A stretch of DNA of 64,000 bases from Octopus vulgaris (Eukaryota), in assembly GCA_951406725.2 (NCBI GenBank), contig OX597829.1:8308001-8372000 (forward strand). The letters run 5' to 3'. The position numbers and the translations under genes were made by a program. The notes under the pieces were generated by a model that saw only the letters and a list, made by a program, of their open reading frames with translations, ran no database searches and was not told the DNA's origin. Within the stretch, counting starts at the first letter, position 1, and each line of letters starts with the position of its first letter. Of this stretch, positions 14,135-27,214 are shown in pieces.

Positions 14135-14690
14135 TAGTTGAATGAATTATCCTAGTATGGATAATTCGGTTAACCGATACCCGGGTAGCAAATTCACGTC
14201 AGAAAAACACGGTTGAAGCTACATGCCAAGGGCAGAGATCACGTGCTTTCGTGTGGAAATTTGTGTTTTTTTTAATAGAAATAAATGAAAGAATGGAGTT
14301 GAACGACGATTTAACATAATTCCTTTATTCGCGACATATGTTTCGAAGACTGCATATTCCTAATTTTGAAGGAAAAAGGGGTGCATTATGCCGCCTTCTC
14401 ATCAGGAAAGACTTATGTCAGCATCATGATGAACAAAAACTTTTAGATGACTGCCCACACGGGGTCCATAGCGATAAATGGATTTATCGCTATGGACTCC
14501 GTGTGGGCAGTCATCTAAAAGTTTTTGTTCATCATGATGATGACATAAGTTCCTTGTCTTTCCTGATGAGAAGGCGGCATAATGCACCCCTTATTCCTTC
14601 AAAATTAGGAATATGCAGTCTTCGAAACATATGTCGAGAATAAAGGAATTTTGTTAAATCGTCGTTCAACTCCATTCTTTCATTTATTTG
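14133..14690 (-). mobile_element. Fold-back hairpin element (~200 bp arms, ~145 bp tail on the left) within (TA)n
   Basis: Palindrome ~14278-14689 centred near 14480 (GCGATAAATGGATTTATCGC), with few mismatches and one small indel; a hammerhead motif in each arm. Confidence 0.9.
14559..14640 (+). ncRNA. Minimal hammerhead ribozyme motif (mirror copy on minus strand at ~14331-14410)
   Basis: TTTC-CTGATGA-GAAGGC..(branched loop)..GTCTTC-GAAA-CATATG-TC-GAGA, followed by AATAAA. Core intact, GUC triplet. Confidence 0.8.
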
Positions 14691-14716
14691 TATATATATA
14701 TATATATATATATATT

Positions 14717-14763
<47 letters not shown>

Positions 14764-14766
<3 letters not shown>

Positions 14767-15318
14767 TTGTTATATTTCGGAATGGTCATATTGCCAGTTT
14801 AGCCAATAAAAACACACGCACTATATATTTGGTGTTATTTTGCTTCAGTGATATTTATTTTTAATCTTATTTCGGCCAAAATTAGAACAAAAGCAACAAC
14901 AACAAAAACAAAATACAAATTACAAGAATGTATATAACCAGAAGATACAAATATTACAGGCATGCCCCCCACACACACACTAAATAAACATAGACGCACA
15001 TAGAGATATAAGCATGCGCAAATGAAGACATACAATAGAAATACAAAATGGCTGACGGTTAGTAAGGAGAGATACAAGTAAGTGAGAAGAAAACAAAGGA
15101 CCACTGATGCGGTCACAGGAGTGTGACGAAAGAACTTTGGCCGAAATAAGATTAAGATTAATGTAAAAAATAAATATCACTGAAGCAAAATAACACCAAA
15201 TATATAGTGCGTGTGTTTTTATTGGCTAAACTGGCAATATAACCATTCCGAAATATAACAATATCTGTTTCAACACACGACTTCACATTAAAAAATCTTG
15301 CACAACAAATACTTAAAC

Positions 15319-15320
<2 letters not shown>
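14764..15320 (+). mobile_element. Inverted-repeat element (~115 bp arms, ~250 bp spacer, ~55 bp tail) within (TA)n
   Basis: 14764-14880 is the reverse complement of ~15135-15264; hammerhead-like CCA-CTGATGCG-GTCAC..GTGAC-GAAA..TGG at ~15101-15139. Confidence 0.8.
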
Positions 15321-15354
<34 letters not shown>

Positions 15355-15394
15355 TTTATAATTAGGGTTCGGCAAAGATTTGCTTTACCACATA

Positions 15395-15444
<50 letters not shown>

Positions 15445-15570
15445 TATATATACACATATATATATATATATACATATATATGTATATATACATATATATG
15501 TATATATATACATATATATACATATATATAATGTATATATATATGTATATATATACATATATACATATAC

Positions 15571-15601
<31 letters not shown>

Positions 15602-16384
15602 CATATATACATATACATACATACATACACATACATATATACATACATACATACATTCATACATACATACATACATACTGACATTCATATAACTATAGAT
15701 ATCTGCGAATATAAACATAAAGAAATAACACACCCGTATCTTACGTTTCTGCAATGTTATGCAATTGTGGCGTACAACACTAAATGGTGTGACGAAAAGT
15801 ATGTCCTACAACGCCGCTACAAACTACAATATTAGGTCAATTAAAGCTGGAAAGGTCATTTGATATATGTAAATATGAAATTCAAAACAAACAGTATAAG
15901 AAAAAAGGCTGACTGAAATAGAAGCTAAGTGAGAAGAAAACAAATGTGTAGGAAATTTACGAAATTACTTAAGCACGACGAAGCAAGGAAACGAACTTAG
16001 TGCATGTATGTATTAATCTAGGTATGTTTGTGTATATTTGTAAGTGTTCCTATATATATTTACCCATACTTACACAACATATACTGTAAAAGTGAAAGCG
16101 TAATAATTCATTAGATACAATATGCCTCTCGCTTTTATGATCCTCTGTTGTCTTAGTGGATAGTGAAAACTACTTTACTTAGATACTCAAGTATTATATA
16201 CACCTTAATTTTAATCTCGACTGAAACGGAAATGCTACAAATTATCTCTGGAGTTTTGGGGTATACAAGCGCACATATATATGCTTGTATGCATTATGTG
16301 CTTCGAATATTGGTAAGATCATTAAACCCGAGTGACTGCCAGTCAAAGTCTCCTTTTTGAGGCGGTGATACATTTTTGAAGGTA

Positions 16385-16525
16385 AAATATATATACATAC
16401 ATTCATACATACATAAATACATACATACACACATGTATACGTACATACATGCTTACATACATGCATACATACTTATATACATACATACTTACATACATAC
16501 TTACATACATACATACGTACGTACG

Positions 16526-16556
<31 letters not shown>

Positions 16557-16790
16557 GTACATACATACATACACACATATATACATACATATATATATAC
16601 ACATACATACATATATACATACATACAAATATACTTACATACATACATACGTACATACATACATACATACATACATACACACATGCATACATACATACAT
16701 ACATACATACATACATACATACATACATACATACATACATACATACATACATACATACATACATACGTACATACATACATACATACATAT
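16385..16790. repeat. (TACA)n microsatellite
   Basis: Directly visible. Confidence 0.97.
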
Positions 16791-18187
16791 AAATATATGA
16801 ATTACATGTCAAAGTTGAATTCTTGGAGATATAGTTTTGAGTCTCAGAAATAATGCCACCAGCATCGCTCGCACCACCCAAATTTGCTTGTTACCTAATT
16901 CATGAAGAATTTTGTTGCCAAGGTATATTATTCAAAAAGCAAAAACATGATGATTTTCCTTTTAAATTTGTTATTTTTTACTCATTGTTTGCTTTATTTC
17001 TCTGCAAGGATAAACAGGTTTATTTTGCATTTCTATGTAACAAAAGATTTTGTTAGTGTCAAGTGACAAACGATTTATAAATGTTAGTCTTGCAGCCGAA
17101 TATTTATTTATTTGTTACAAACTAATTATACTTTCAATGATGTGCAACAACACAAACAATGTTTTAGAGTCCAGACGGTTGCTGTTAGGCAGGCAGTGCA
17201 ACATAGAAAATATGTTAAGGAGTCAAGTACTACTATGTGATATTATAGTTAGATAATAACTGAATGCAATTTAAACTGTTTCTCCTGGTTGTCTCTTACA
17301 ACAATGGCCTGTGAAGTAGCTATAATATTCTCTCACATCCACCGATCGCATTTATTTTCTCGCTTTTAAGTTTTTTTGTCAGTTTTCTAAAGCCCTACAC
17401 TATACAACTCATTTAGACCTTTCTGAAATTGCCCTGTATATCTTCTCCATCTTCGCTCACGATACTCCAGCAGGTATCAACTTCCAAATAACCACTAGCC
17501 TATAATGGACTATATGATCAAAAGTATGACCCTTCTCTCAGCTAATTCATAAAACATCCCGCAGTTTATATAACTATTCTTGCCTTCCTTGTCCGTCTTT
17601 GTTATTCGAAGATGATCAAGATGCCACATCTTAGACACTGTCTATAGATTTCAAAGAGCGCCAACGACCAGCCCAGCAACGCGAGCTACCAGACAGTCTA
17701 TTTTTTTCAGGTTGCTTAACAATCCAATGATTGTTGGAATGTAGTGAAATGACTCAGATTGTCAAGAGTATAATCTTGGTTCGATTCTACATCAAAAAGT
17801 TTTAACAAAGTGCTTGCGAAATACGATGAGGTTTAGAAGCATGCAATTAATAGATATATACGCTTTTATTTCTTTTCTGAGAAGTTGGTGTATAAACTCA
17901 TATAATTACATGTATATATTCAATTTTACATAGTAATACAGAGACAAGTTACTACAAAAATATATACAAAAGTTCCTAAGTCGAACTACTTTAGCCACTT
18001 AAGCATTTAGAATTGGTCATTCAAAAAAGGCAGTCACTAGTAGGCACATTTTTGTAATTCTTATTACTATATGAAACGTGTGTAATGGGGATTAAATAAA
18101 ACTAAGTTTTTCCAGCTTTCTGTTTTCATATATGTGTGTGTGTATGGGTGTTTGTGTGTGTGTGTTATATATATATTTGTAATTATG

Positions 18188-18533
<346 letters not shown>

Positions 18534-19109
18534 ATCGAAAAATACCTTAGGAATGAGAACTCAGGTTCGAAATTTCCCCCAAGACACCTGATGAAGGATG
18601 TCTTGGGGAAATACAAAACAAATGTAAACTGAAGTTATTTATTCCCTGTTTTTCTTCTTTACGCAAATTATTTTCACGGCTAAACAAAAATTCATTGCGT
18701 TTATTTCAAATTTTACATTTGTAAGATCTTCAAAACTTGCTTTCATTTTTCATCGTATCAAGTAGATATACAATCAGAACTAACTTTTCAAGTATTTTTC
18801 TTTATGAATCAAACTGTCCAATAACTCGTCTTTTAAAAACATAACAGAAAAAAAAATTGGCTTCCTATTCTATTTCTTGATTGATTGGCTACTACAAAAA
18901 TGTGTCTCAGGGGATTACTTAACAGAAGACATTCACATAGTTTCTTGTACACCTTGAGTAATATAAATATGAAATAAGATAAAATAAGTGAAAATAATAA
19001 AATGAAAGTTGTAAAAATAGATCGAAAAGATGTAAACACAGATTAAAAAGTTTCAAAACGGATTAAAAGAATAAAAGTTGTAAAACGTATTTTATATATA
19101 TATAAATAA

Positions 19110-19319
19110 TGCTGTCCGGCATTTGCCTTGATAGATCGCTAGACACTACACATTCTTTATTTCATCACCTTGTTCCTTCCTGTGTTTCTTTCTGTGGAAG
19201 AGCGTAGGCTCCAAACGTTAAAGACTTTTTCACTTCCCGAGCGTTAAACTAATACATCTGTTTGTTTGTCTATACAACCTGTCTTCGTCTTTCGTTTTTT
19301 GTTTTTGTGAATTTTCCCT
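19110..19319 (+). mobile_element. Family H, copy 2
   Basis: CTTT-CTGTGGAA-GAGCGTAGGCTC-CAAA-CG-TT-AAAG (GAAA mutated); same 3' end as copy 1. Confidence 0.8.
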
Positions 19320-19320
19320 A

Positions 19321-19740
19321 TCTCTATATTATAATTCTGAAATGCGAAAAGTTTGTTTGTTTGTTTGTCTGGTTTTAGCATTGAGAACGGGTTAAAGGCC
19401 ACTAGATCCCGTCGGATTGATTCCAAAATTTACAGGGATATGTAAAATGAGGTGAGGATGCGACTAAGAAATCCCTATCTTAAAAGGTGTCGTTGCTAGG
19501 GCCAAAAACGCACTTTGACAAGTCTACTCTCATTCTTTTATGTATCTGTCTTCCTCCATCACTCACTCTCTTTCTTCCCTTCCCATCACATTCTATCTAT
19601 AACGTCGTTTCACAGCGTATACCTCCCTTCACTTTCTGTTTATAACGTCGTTTCACAGCGTCCTATATCTCCCCCCTTCCCCGCCTTTGACAGCGCTTTC
19701 ACACTCTCTCTCTACGCCTGTTTGCATTCATAGAGAGAAT
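19321..19740 (+). mobile_element. Probable non-autonomous Helitron 5' part
   Basis: Begins TCTCTATATTATAA followed by (GTTT)n, like the Helitron starts at 21870 and 55779; no 3' end seen. Confidence 0.4.
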
Positions 19741-20171
19741 TATCATCGCCACAACCACTACACAATCATGAGAACAAATATTATGAATCAGATATTTATA
19801 GGGTTAATTTATATATGAGTTTGTGCGTGTGTTCTATATATAAATATGTATATATAATGTATATATATACATGTATATATCTGTATTTATGTATATTAAA
19901 CTTTTTAATACTTTTTGATAGTTATATATATATTTTTTTAATTATAAATATAAATTAATAATTTTAATTTCAAATTTAAATAATTTAAATTTTTAAATTT
20001 TATACTTTATATATTTTGTATATTATATTTTTATTTTTATGTTTTGGGTTATGTTTTTCACTGTTTGATTTGCCTATTAGTGGTTTTATCTCTAATCTAA
20101 TTCATATATATCTATCTATCTATCTATATATATATACATATATAATTTGTATACATTTGTATATATAATGT

Positions 20172-20240
<69 letters not shown>

Positions 20241-21048
20241 GTGTGTGCATTATGTGGTCGGTTGAGCTGAAAATATGCACACCTATGTTAAAAGTGCTGG
20301 CGAGTTTGCATGACAACTATTTTTTTCCTCAAATGAAAGGCTTGACCTCTAGGACAAAATTCCTCATCTTAAAAAATGTGGCTCGAGTAGACCCGAATGA
20401 AATCGGGTTATATTAACGAAAATGTGAAAAGGGTCTAAATGGGGCTGGAAGGGGATTAAAATTTACAAGAACGGGTGTTTAGGAATTCTTTGTTACATCA
20501 AGCTAAAAAAATTGCGCCAGCCTTTTAATCGTCAATGTGTGCCGTCCATGATGAAGAAGTTTTGAATGCTTGCCATGGTGAGTCAACTGTCGTGAGAAAG
20601 AATCACTTCAAAACTTGGTGTTTAGGAATATTCTTTTACATCAAGTTCAAAATTTTACGTCAGCCGTTAAACTGTCAATACGTTGCTGTCCGTCGTTAAG
20701 AAATGCCAGCCATGGTGACTCTACTATCCTCAAATTCTATCCCTTCAACCTTTGGTTTCCAATATTTTATTATTTTTATCCAGCTCGCAAGTTCGTCTGT
20801 CCTTTTTAAATGTTAGTGTTTTGGTGTCTGCCTTGAAGCAGACCTTTCCGTTGTCACTGCCTGATATTTATGATTGATCTTTCACAATATTTTATTACTC
20901 AACTTACTCAAGATCTTTTGTTGTTTATAAATGGGAGAGAGATAAATAAACATAGAGAGTAAGAGAAAGTGAGAGAAAGTCCGAGAGAAAAGAAAAGTAA
21001 GAGAGTGGGAAAGTGAGAGAGAAAGGAGAGAGAAACAAAGAGGGAGAA

Positions 21049-21320
21049 TCATCATCATCATCTAAAGTCCGTTTTCCGTGCTAGCACGGGTTGGACAGTT
21101 TGACCGGGGTCTGGGAAGCCAGGAGACTGCACCTGGCTCCAGTCTGATTTGGCAGTGTTTCTACAGCTGGATGCCCTTCCTAACGCCAACCACTCCGTGA
21201 GTGTTGTGGGGGCTCGCAGCGGCCACGATCGGTTGGTGCTTTTTACGTGCCACCGGCACAGAAGCCAGTCAAGGCGGCGCTGCCATCGTCCACGTTCCTT
21301 TGGTGCTTTTTACGTGCCGA
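21049..21320 (-). mobile_element. RTE-related short retroelement 3' part with (GAT)n tail
   Basis: Minus strand GGTTGGCGTTAGGAAGGGCATCCAGCTGTAGAAAC ... AAAACGGACTTTAGATGATGATGAT. Confidence 0.55.
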
Positions 21321-21384
21321 AAAGAAGCAACAGAAAGTAACAACCACACACTTACCCGCGCGTAGAGCGGGTCACCTAAAGCTA

Positions 21385-21427
<43 letters not shown>

Positions 21428-21429
<2 letters not shown>

Positions 21430-21848
21430 CGTAGGAATGGTTCTGTGGCAAATAGCTTGCTTACGAACCACATGGTTCCGGGTTCAGTCCCACTGCGTTA
21501 CGCCTGGGGCAAATGTCTTCTACTATAGCTTCGGACCGACCAAAGCCTTGTGAGTGGATTTGGTAGACGGAAACTGAAAGAAGCTCGTCGTATATATATA
21601 TATATATGTGTGTGCGTGTGTGTGTGTGTGTATGTTTCTATGTCTGTGTTTGTCCCCCCAACATCGCTTCATAACCGATGCTGGTGTGTTGTTTACGTCC
21701 CCGTAACTTAGCGGTTCGGCAAAGGAGACCGATAGAATAAGTACTAGGCTTACAAATAATAAATCCTGGCGTCGATTTGCTCGACTAAAGGCGGTGCTCC
21801 AGCATGACCACAGTCAAATGATCGAAACAAGTACAAGAGTAAAAGAGT
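21428..21848 (+). mobile_element. SINE family A
   Basis: Colinear with 12663-13086. Confidence 0.9.
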
Positions 21849-21869
21849 ATATATATATATATATATATA

Positions 21870-21897
21870 TCTTTATATATATAAAACTGAGAATGTG

Positions 21898-21932
<35 letters not shown>

Positions 21933-22984
21933 GTGTTTCCCTAAAACTTGAGAACTACACAACCAATTTCATTCAAATTTTACACATGCCTTACTTAGGG
22001 TCCGGGGAGTGTCATCGGCAAAAAAAATTTGAACTTTTTGCCTAGGGCAAGCCCACAGCAATATCATATCTTCTCCACTACGATTCCCTAAAACGTCAGA
22101 ACTACACAACCAATTCCATTCAAATTTTACACATGCCTTACTTAGGGTCCATGTAGTTTCATGAGCAAAAAAAATGTTCAACTTCTTGCCTAGAGCGAGC
22201 CCATAGCAATATCATATTCTCTCCACTATTTCAGTATTACGTGTTAAAAGTGAAACAAAAACTTTTCTCTACTTTATGTCAGATACTTTCACTTTAACAA
22301 TAAAAATAATAATAACAATTGAATTATATGTAGTAAGTAATAATTAAAATCAAACTAAAGTAACATGACAAAAATAAAAATAGCAATTGGTATAAAATTG
22401 CATCAATGATTTGAACTTGAATAAGTGGTTTCACATGAATGGGAATAAATTAAAAATAAAATATAAAGTATCCAATGTAGAGAAAAAAGATTTGAACTCA
22501 TGGAGGAAAGCACCTTCGAAAAATGTCTTGGTGCGACTATGAAAGGGTATCTAATCAGAGGCGGTAAATTCGCCACAATAGAAGGAAGGTTCGAGTCAAC
22601 GGAGTGTGCAAGGGAGTACTCGACTCGAACTTGCAAAGTGGAAATATTTAATTTTTACCTTTGTATCTGGGACGTAGGACGTCTCGGAAAAAATTAAAAA
22701 TGCCCACCCCCAGAAGTAGAAGTAGGCTGGATTGTAACCACACTTCTATACAAGAGGGAGGACAAGATACAATTGATCGAAATTACAAGAGACGGGCTAA
22801 CAATTCCAGTCTGTTATATATTTTGAGTATTGTTATCACTAGCGATATCAAAATATAACTTTGTATTTTGTATTTTATGTGTAGATGTATATATATAGAT
22901 GTACATGTAATATATACACTTATATATTCACATATATACATGCACTAGCACTATGACCCGGCAACGACGGGTCTTTAATGCTAG
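21870..22984 (+). mobile_element. Non-autonomous Helitron
   Basis: A|TC start, (GTCT)n near the 5' end, internal ~130-150 bp duplication (from ~21950 and ~22098), subterminal hairpin CCCGGCAACGACGGG, CTAG|T end. Confidence 0.75.
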
Positions 22985-22990
22985 TATATT

Positions 22991-23076
<86 letters not shown>

Positions 23077-23147
23077 TGTGTGTGTATGTATATATATGGA
23101 AAAAGACTCAAGGCTGAAAATGCTAAAATAATTTTATAAAAAACATT

Positions 23148-23184
23148 TCAGTACCGGTTTCAGTCATCGAGACTTCTTCAATTG
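23148..23184 (-). ncRNA. Compact hammerhead-like motif (C3U)
   Basis: Minus: TTGAAGA-AGTC TCGAT GACT-GAAA-CCGG-TA-CTG; stem I is weak. Confidence 0.55.
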
Positions 23185-23654
23185 TAGATATTGAAAACAA
23201 TTAAATTTTGGAAAAATTAAATGATGTATATATCACCTTATAATGTGCCTTCCAAAGCTTATCTCCAGGTATTGCCTAGAAAGGTCATCACACAGTAGAG
23301 CTTCTGTTATTGAGTAATAAAGAAACAAAATTTTAATACGATGGGACGGACTGAGCTGGCCTCATTACAAATCACTATAATTGCTTCAAAGCATCATTGT
23401 TAGTAAATTACTAAAGGTTACATAAGATATACTTAATATTGCATCAATATGATTCAGCAATAGTTGTATTTATGCACATCCTCGGGTGACCAGAGTATTC
23501 CTGTATCATCTGCCTTGACTCTGGTCACCAGAGGAGGCGCATGTATATAAGTATTAACGCGATATTGATAATATATCATGTAACATTCAGCAATTAACTG
23601 CTAATAACGATGTATTGAAACAATTGTGGGGATTTGTTCAGTCTACCTACTTGC

Positions 23655-23727
<73 letters not shown>

Positions 23728-23815
23728 TCCCGGGTTGATTCGGGGTTAACCACAGTAAATAAGGTATGAAGATTTCTCTTGAATGAAACAGTTCTAGTCC
23801 TGTAGAAGCTCCTTC

Positions 23816-23850
<35 letters not shown>

Positions 23851-23999
23851 ACATATATATATATATAATATATATAATTTATATATATACATACACACAC
23901 ACACATATGTATATACATACATGCGTATAATATATATAATTTATATACATATACATATGTATATAATAAATATTTGATTTATATATATATATATATATA

Positions 24000-24195
24000 C
24001 TTTATTTAAAGCAGCAGAAAATTCAACAAACCCTGTTACTCTGAGTTTCCCGTTGCAATAGGAACGGCAACGGGAAACTCAGAGTAACAGGTTTTGTTGA
24101 ATTTTCTGCTGCTTTAAATAAAGCATATTACTCTACCACTGGTATTTGAGTACTCTTTTTTTCCACCTTGTTTCACATTTATGTGTTTACTCCGG
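24000..24195 (+). mobile_element. Fold-back hairpin (~57 bp arms, ~70 bp tail) within (TA)n
   Basis: 24000-24056 pairs with 24067-24123; the right arm starts with a hammerhead 3' half GA-ACG GCAA CGG-GAAA-CTCAGAG-TA. Confidence 0.85.
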
Positions 24196-24328
24196 TATAT
24201 ATATATATATATAAATACATACATAGATATATACAATTACATATTTCTTTCTTTCTTTCTTTGTTTCTTTCCTTCTTTTCTTCTTTCTTTCTTTTTTCTT
24301 TCTTGCTTTCGTTCCCTCTTTCTTTATT

Positions 24329-24360
<32 letters not shown>

Positions 24361-25798
24361 TCATTCTTTCTTTATTTATTTATTTCATAATGAGGATGAT
24401 GATGATTATTGTCATCGTCCACCTCGTCGTCGTCATCTTTCTGCTGCTATCGAAGCTACTACTGCCTCCCACTTCCTCCAGCTCCTCCTCCTCCTCCAAA
24501 TAATCATTATCCTCATCAGCTGCAGTAAAAATCGTTACTCTCAGGTGTGAAATTACTGACTTACTACAGTGATGAGTCATTCAATGTAGCAGAAATAGCA
24601 GCTAAATTTCATTCAAATTACACCTGTCGCATTTAATGAAGAAAAGATACGTTCGATAATACAGTCCTACAAGTTTTGAAAAATTAAGAATCTATTACCA
24701 TTGCTGGAGCGCCTTAGATTTTAGGTTAGTTCAGTCCACAACCAGAGCTAGCTTTGGGTTAAAGAAAAAGGCTCGGATACCACAGAATCACATTCTTCTC
24801 ATGAATGAATTAATCTTAGGATTTCTTTTTAATTTTGTATGTAACAAGGAAATACATAGGAATCAGAACAGCACTTTAACAACGCTCAATTTTTTGTTAG
24901 ATATGGTATTTCCTGATACATCTGAAAACCTTGCTTCACATCACTGGACTGTATACGGGATACAAGTGCGGCGTAGCAAATAGTTTGGAAGCGTTTGGTG
25001 TAGAGTATAAAGATTCAGCGAGGAGTCTTCAGATTCAACGGAATGAAGAGACTCAAACCTCATCATTTCCATGATCACCTCAATTGTCAATCTATGACAA
25101 CTACCCTGACCTCCAGGCGGAGCCTTTACGTGTTGGTTTCATCTGCAAGAAATAACAAATAAATGTTCTCGAATAATATGTTATTGGCTTAAAATAAGAA
25201 ATAATACATTGGATATACGAAAAGACGGGATGGCCATGGCTGGACTTTCTTTTATCATAATTCGACTCGGTCAAGAAAAACGACAACATGAACTAAAAAG
25301 CCTCTAAGATATCGCTCAATTTGCTTCGATAAGGTAATTCATCTCTCTTAAATTTCACCACAGCGCTTCTAAAATACAAACATATATGGAAGAAGAGACT
25401 TGCCAAATGAGCCACTCAGTGGGATCGAACCTGGAATTATATGGATTGCAAAGGGAACCCTTTAACCAGGCAGCCATGTGCTAGAAAAATGTATATCTAT
25501 TTCACCAAACTCAATTTCACTTTTATCCGATACTCTTGAAAATATTTGCTCTTAGTTGTAGTTTAAGATGGCGTATTTCTCTTTGTTTTCGGTCGTTCTC
25601 TCTGTTTTCTCTTAATGACTTTCTTTCTGTTTTTCTATTTAATATGTTTTGGGTTTTACTTATTTTTTGTTTGTTTTATTTCTTCTCAAACTTGCTAATT
25701 TCTTTCTGTTTCTGTTGACTGTTATCTTAAAACAAGTTCGGACGCATACTCGACAATGTATACTTACTAAACTCCACCTAACGTAATTTATACATGCA

Positions 25799-25891
<93 letters not shown>

Positions 25892-26367
25892 CACACTGAC
25901 ACACACAGCACACGCACACACACAGCACACAAACATACGCACACATACACACATGCGTGCGCACGCGCGAGCATACAGACACATGTACATGAGTATACGC
26001 GTAAAAGCACGGTTTGTGCAGTCGTTTATGAATATATGTGTGATGTGTATGTATGTAGATACATGTATGAGCGTCTATCACTATGTGTATTTGCATATCT
26101 GCGTGTGTATGTGCGTGTATATTTGTGTATATGTGCGTATATGTGTGTATGTGTGTAGGTATGTGCATGTGTGAGTGTGTGTGCACGTCTGCGTGCGCGT
26201 CTGTGTGTGAGACTGTGCGTGCGTTATTACTTTCACTCTGTGTGGGAGAAAGAGAGTAGGTGTGACTGTGGGGGAAGGCAAAAAGGGAGAAAAAGGAGGA
26301 GGAAAGAAAGAGAAAGAGACAGGGTGAGAGAGAAAGATGGGGGAATGTATGGATATGCATGCGCGCA

Positions 26368-26421
<54 letters not shown>

Positions 26422-26763
26422 GTTTGTGTCGTGTGTTTTAAGTGAATATATTCGGTCATACCAGAGGTGAAATTGCGATAAGAAATCGAAAAAATACAAG
26501 ATAACCGGCCTCCTCCCCATGAAGAAAAAAATGTCTGTTTCATGATAAAGCAGCCGAAAGTTGTTTAAGTTATAAACTTCACAAGTTGTAAATTGTATCG
26601 CAAACATATCAATTTGTGGCGATAATAATAAGCTCCACTGTTCAACTAGCTCGAGAGAACTCCACTAGAGATTAGATTTGACAAACAGTTAACACACTGC
26701 CTGGTCTTGCTTGCTGTAGTTATTTGTTGTTGTTGTTGCTGCTGCTAATGTTGTTACAGTTAC

Positions 26764-26836
<73 letters not shown>

Positions 26837-26840
26837 ATAA

Positions 26841-26926
<86 letters not shown>

Positions 26927-26986
26927 TTGTTGTTGTGACTAGTATTTTCGTACCTGTGATAAAGATTTTAATATCACTGTTACTGA

Positions 26987-27200
26987 AGGCGGTGAGCTGG
27001 CAGATCTGTTAAAACGCCGGGCAAAATGCTTAGCGGTATTTCTTCTGTCTTTACGTTCTGAGTTCAAATTCCACCGAGGTCGACTTTTCCTTTCATCCTT
27101 TCGGGAATCCATAAATTAAGTATCAGTGAAACAATGGGGTCGGTATAAACAACTGGCCTCTCTTCCCAAATTTTAAGGTCTTGTGCCTAGAATAGAAAGG
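26987..27200 (+). mobile_element. tRNA-derived SINE family B
   Basis: GGCGGTGAGCTGGCAGA..GAGTTCAAATTCC..GAGGTCGACTTT..CCTTTCATCCTTTCGGG; other copies at 28820 and 63023. Confidence 0.85.
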
Positions 27201-27214
27201 GTTATTATTATTTT

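Noticed and set aside
14338-14789. Near-identical ORFs on both strands
   Set aside because: A consequence of the DNA palindrome; no protein motif.
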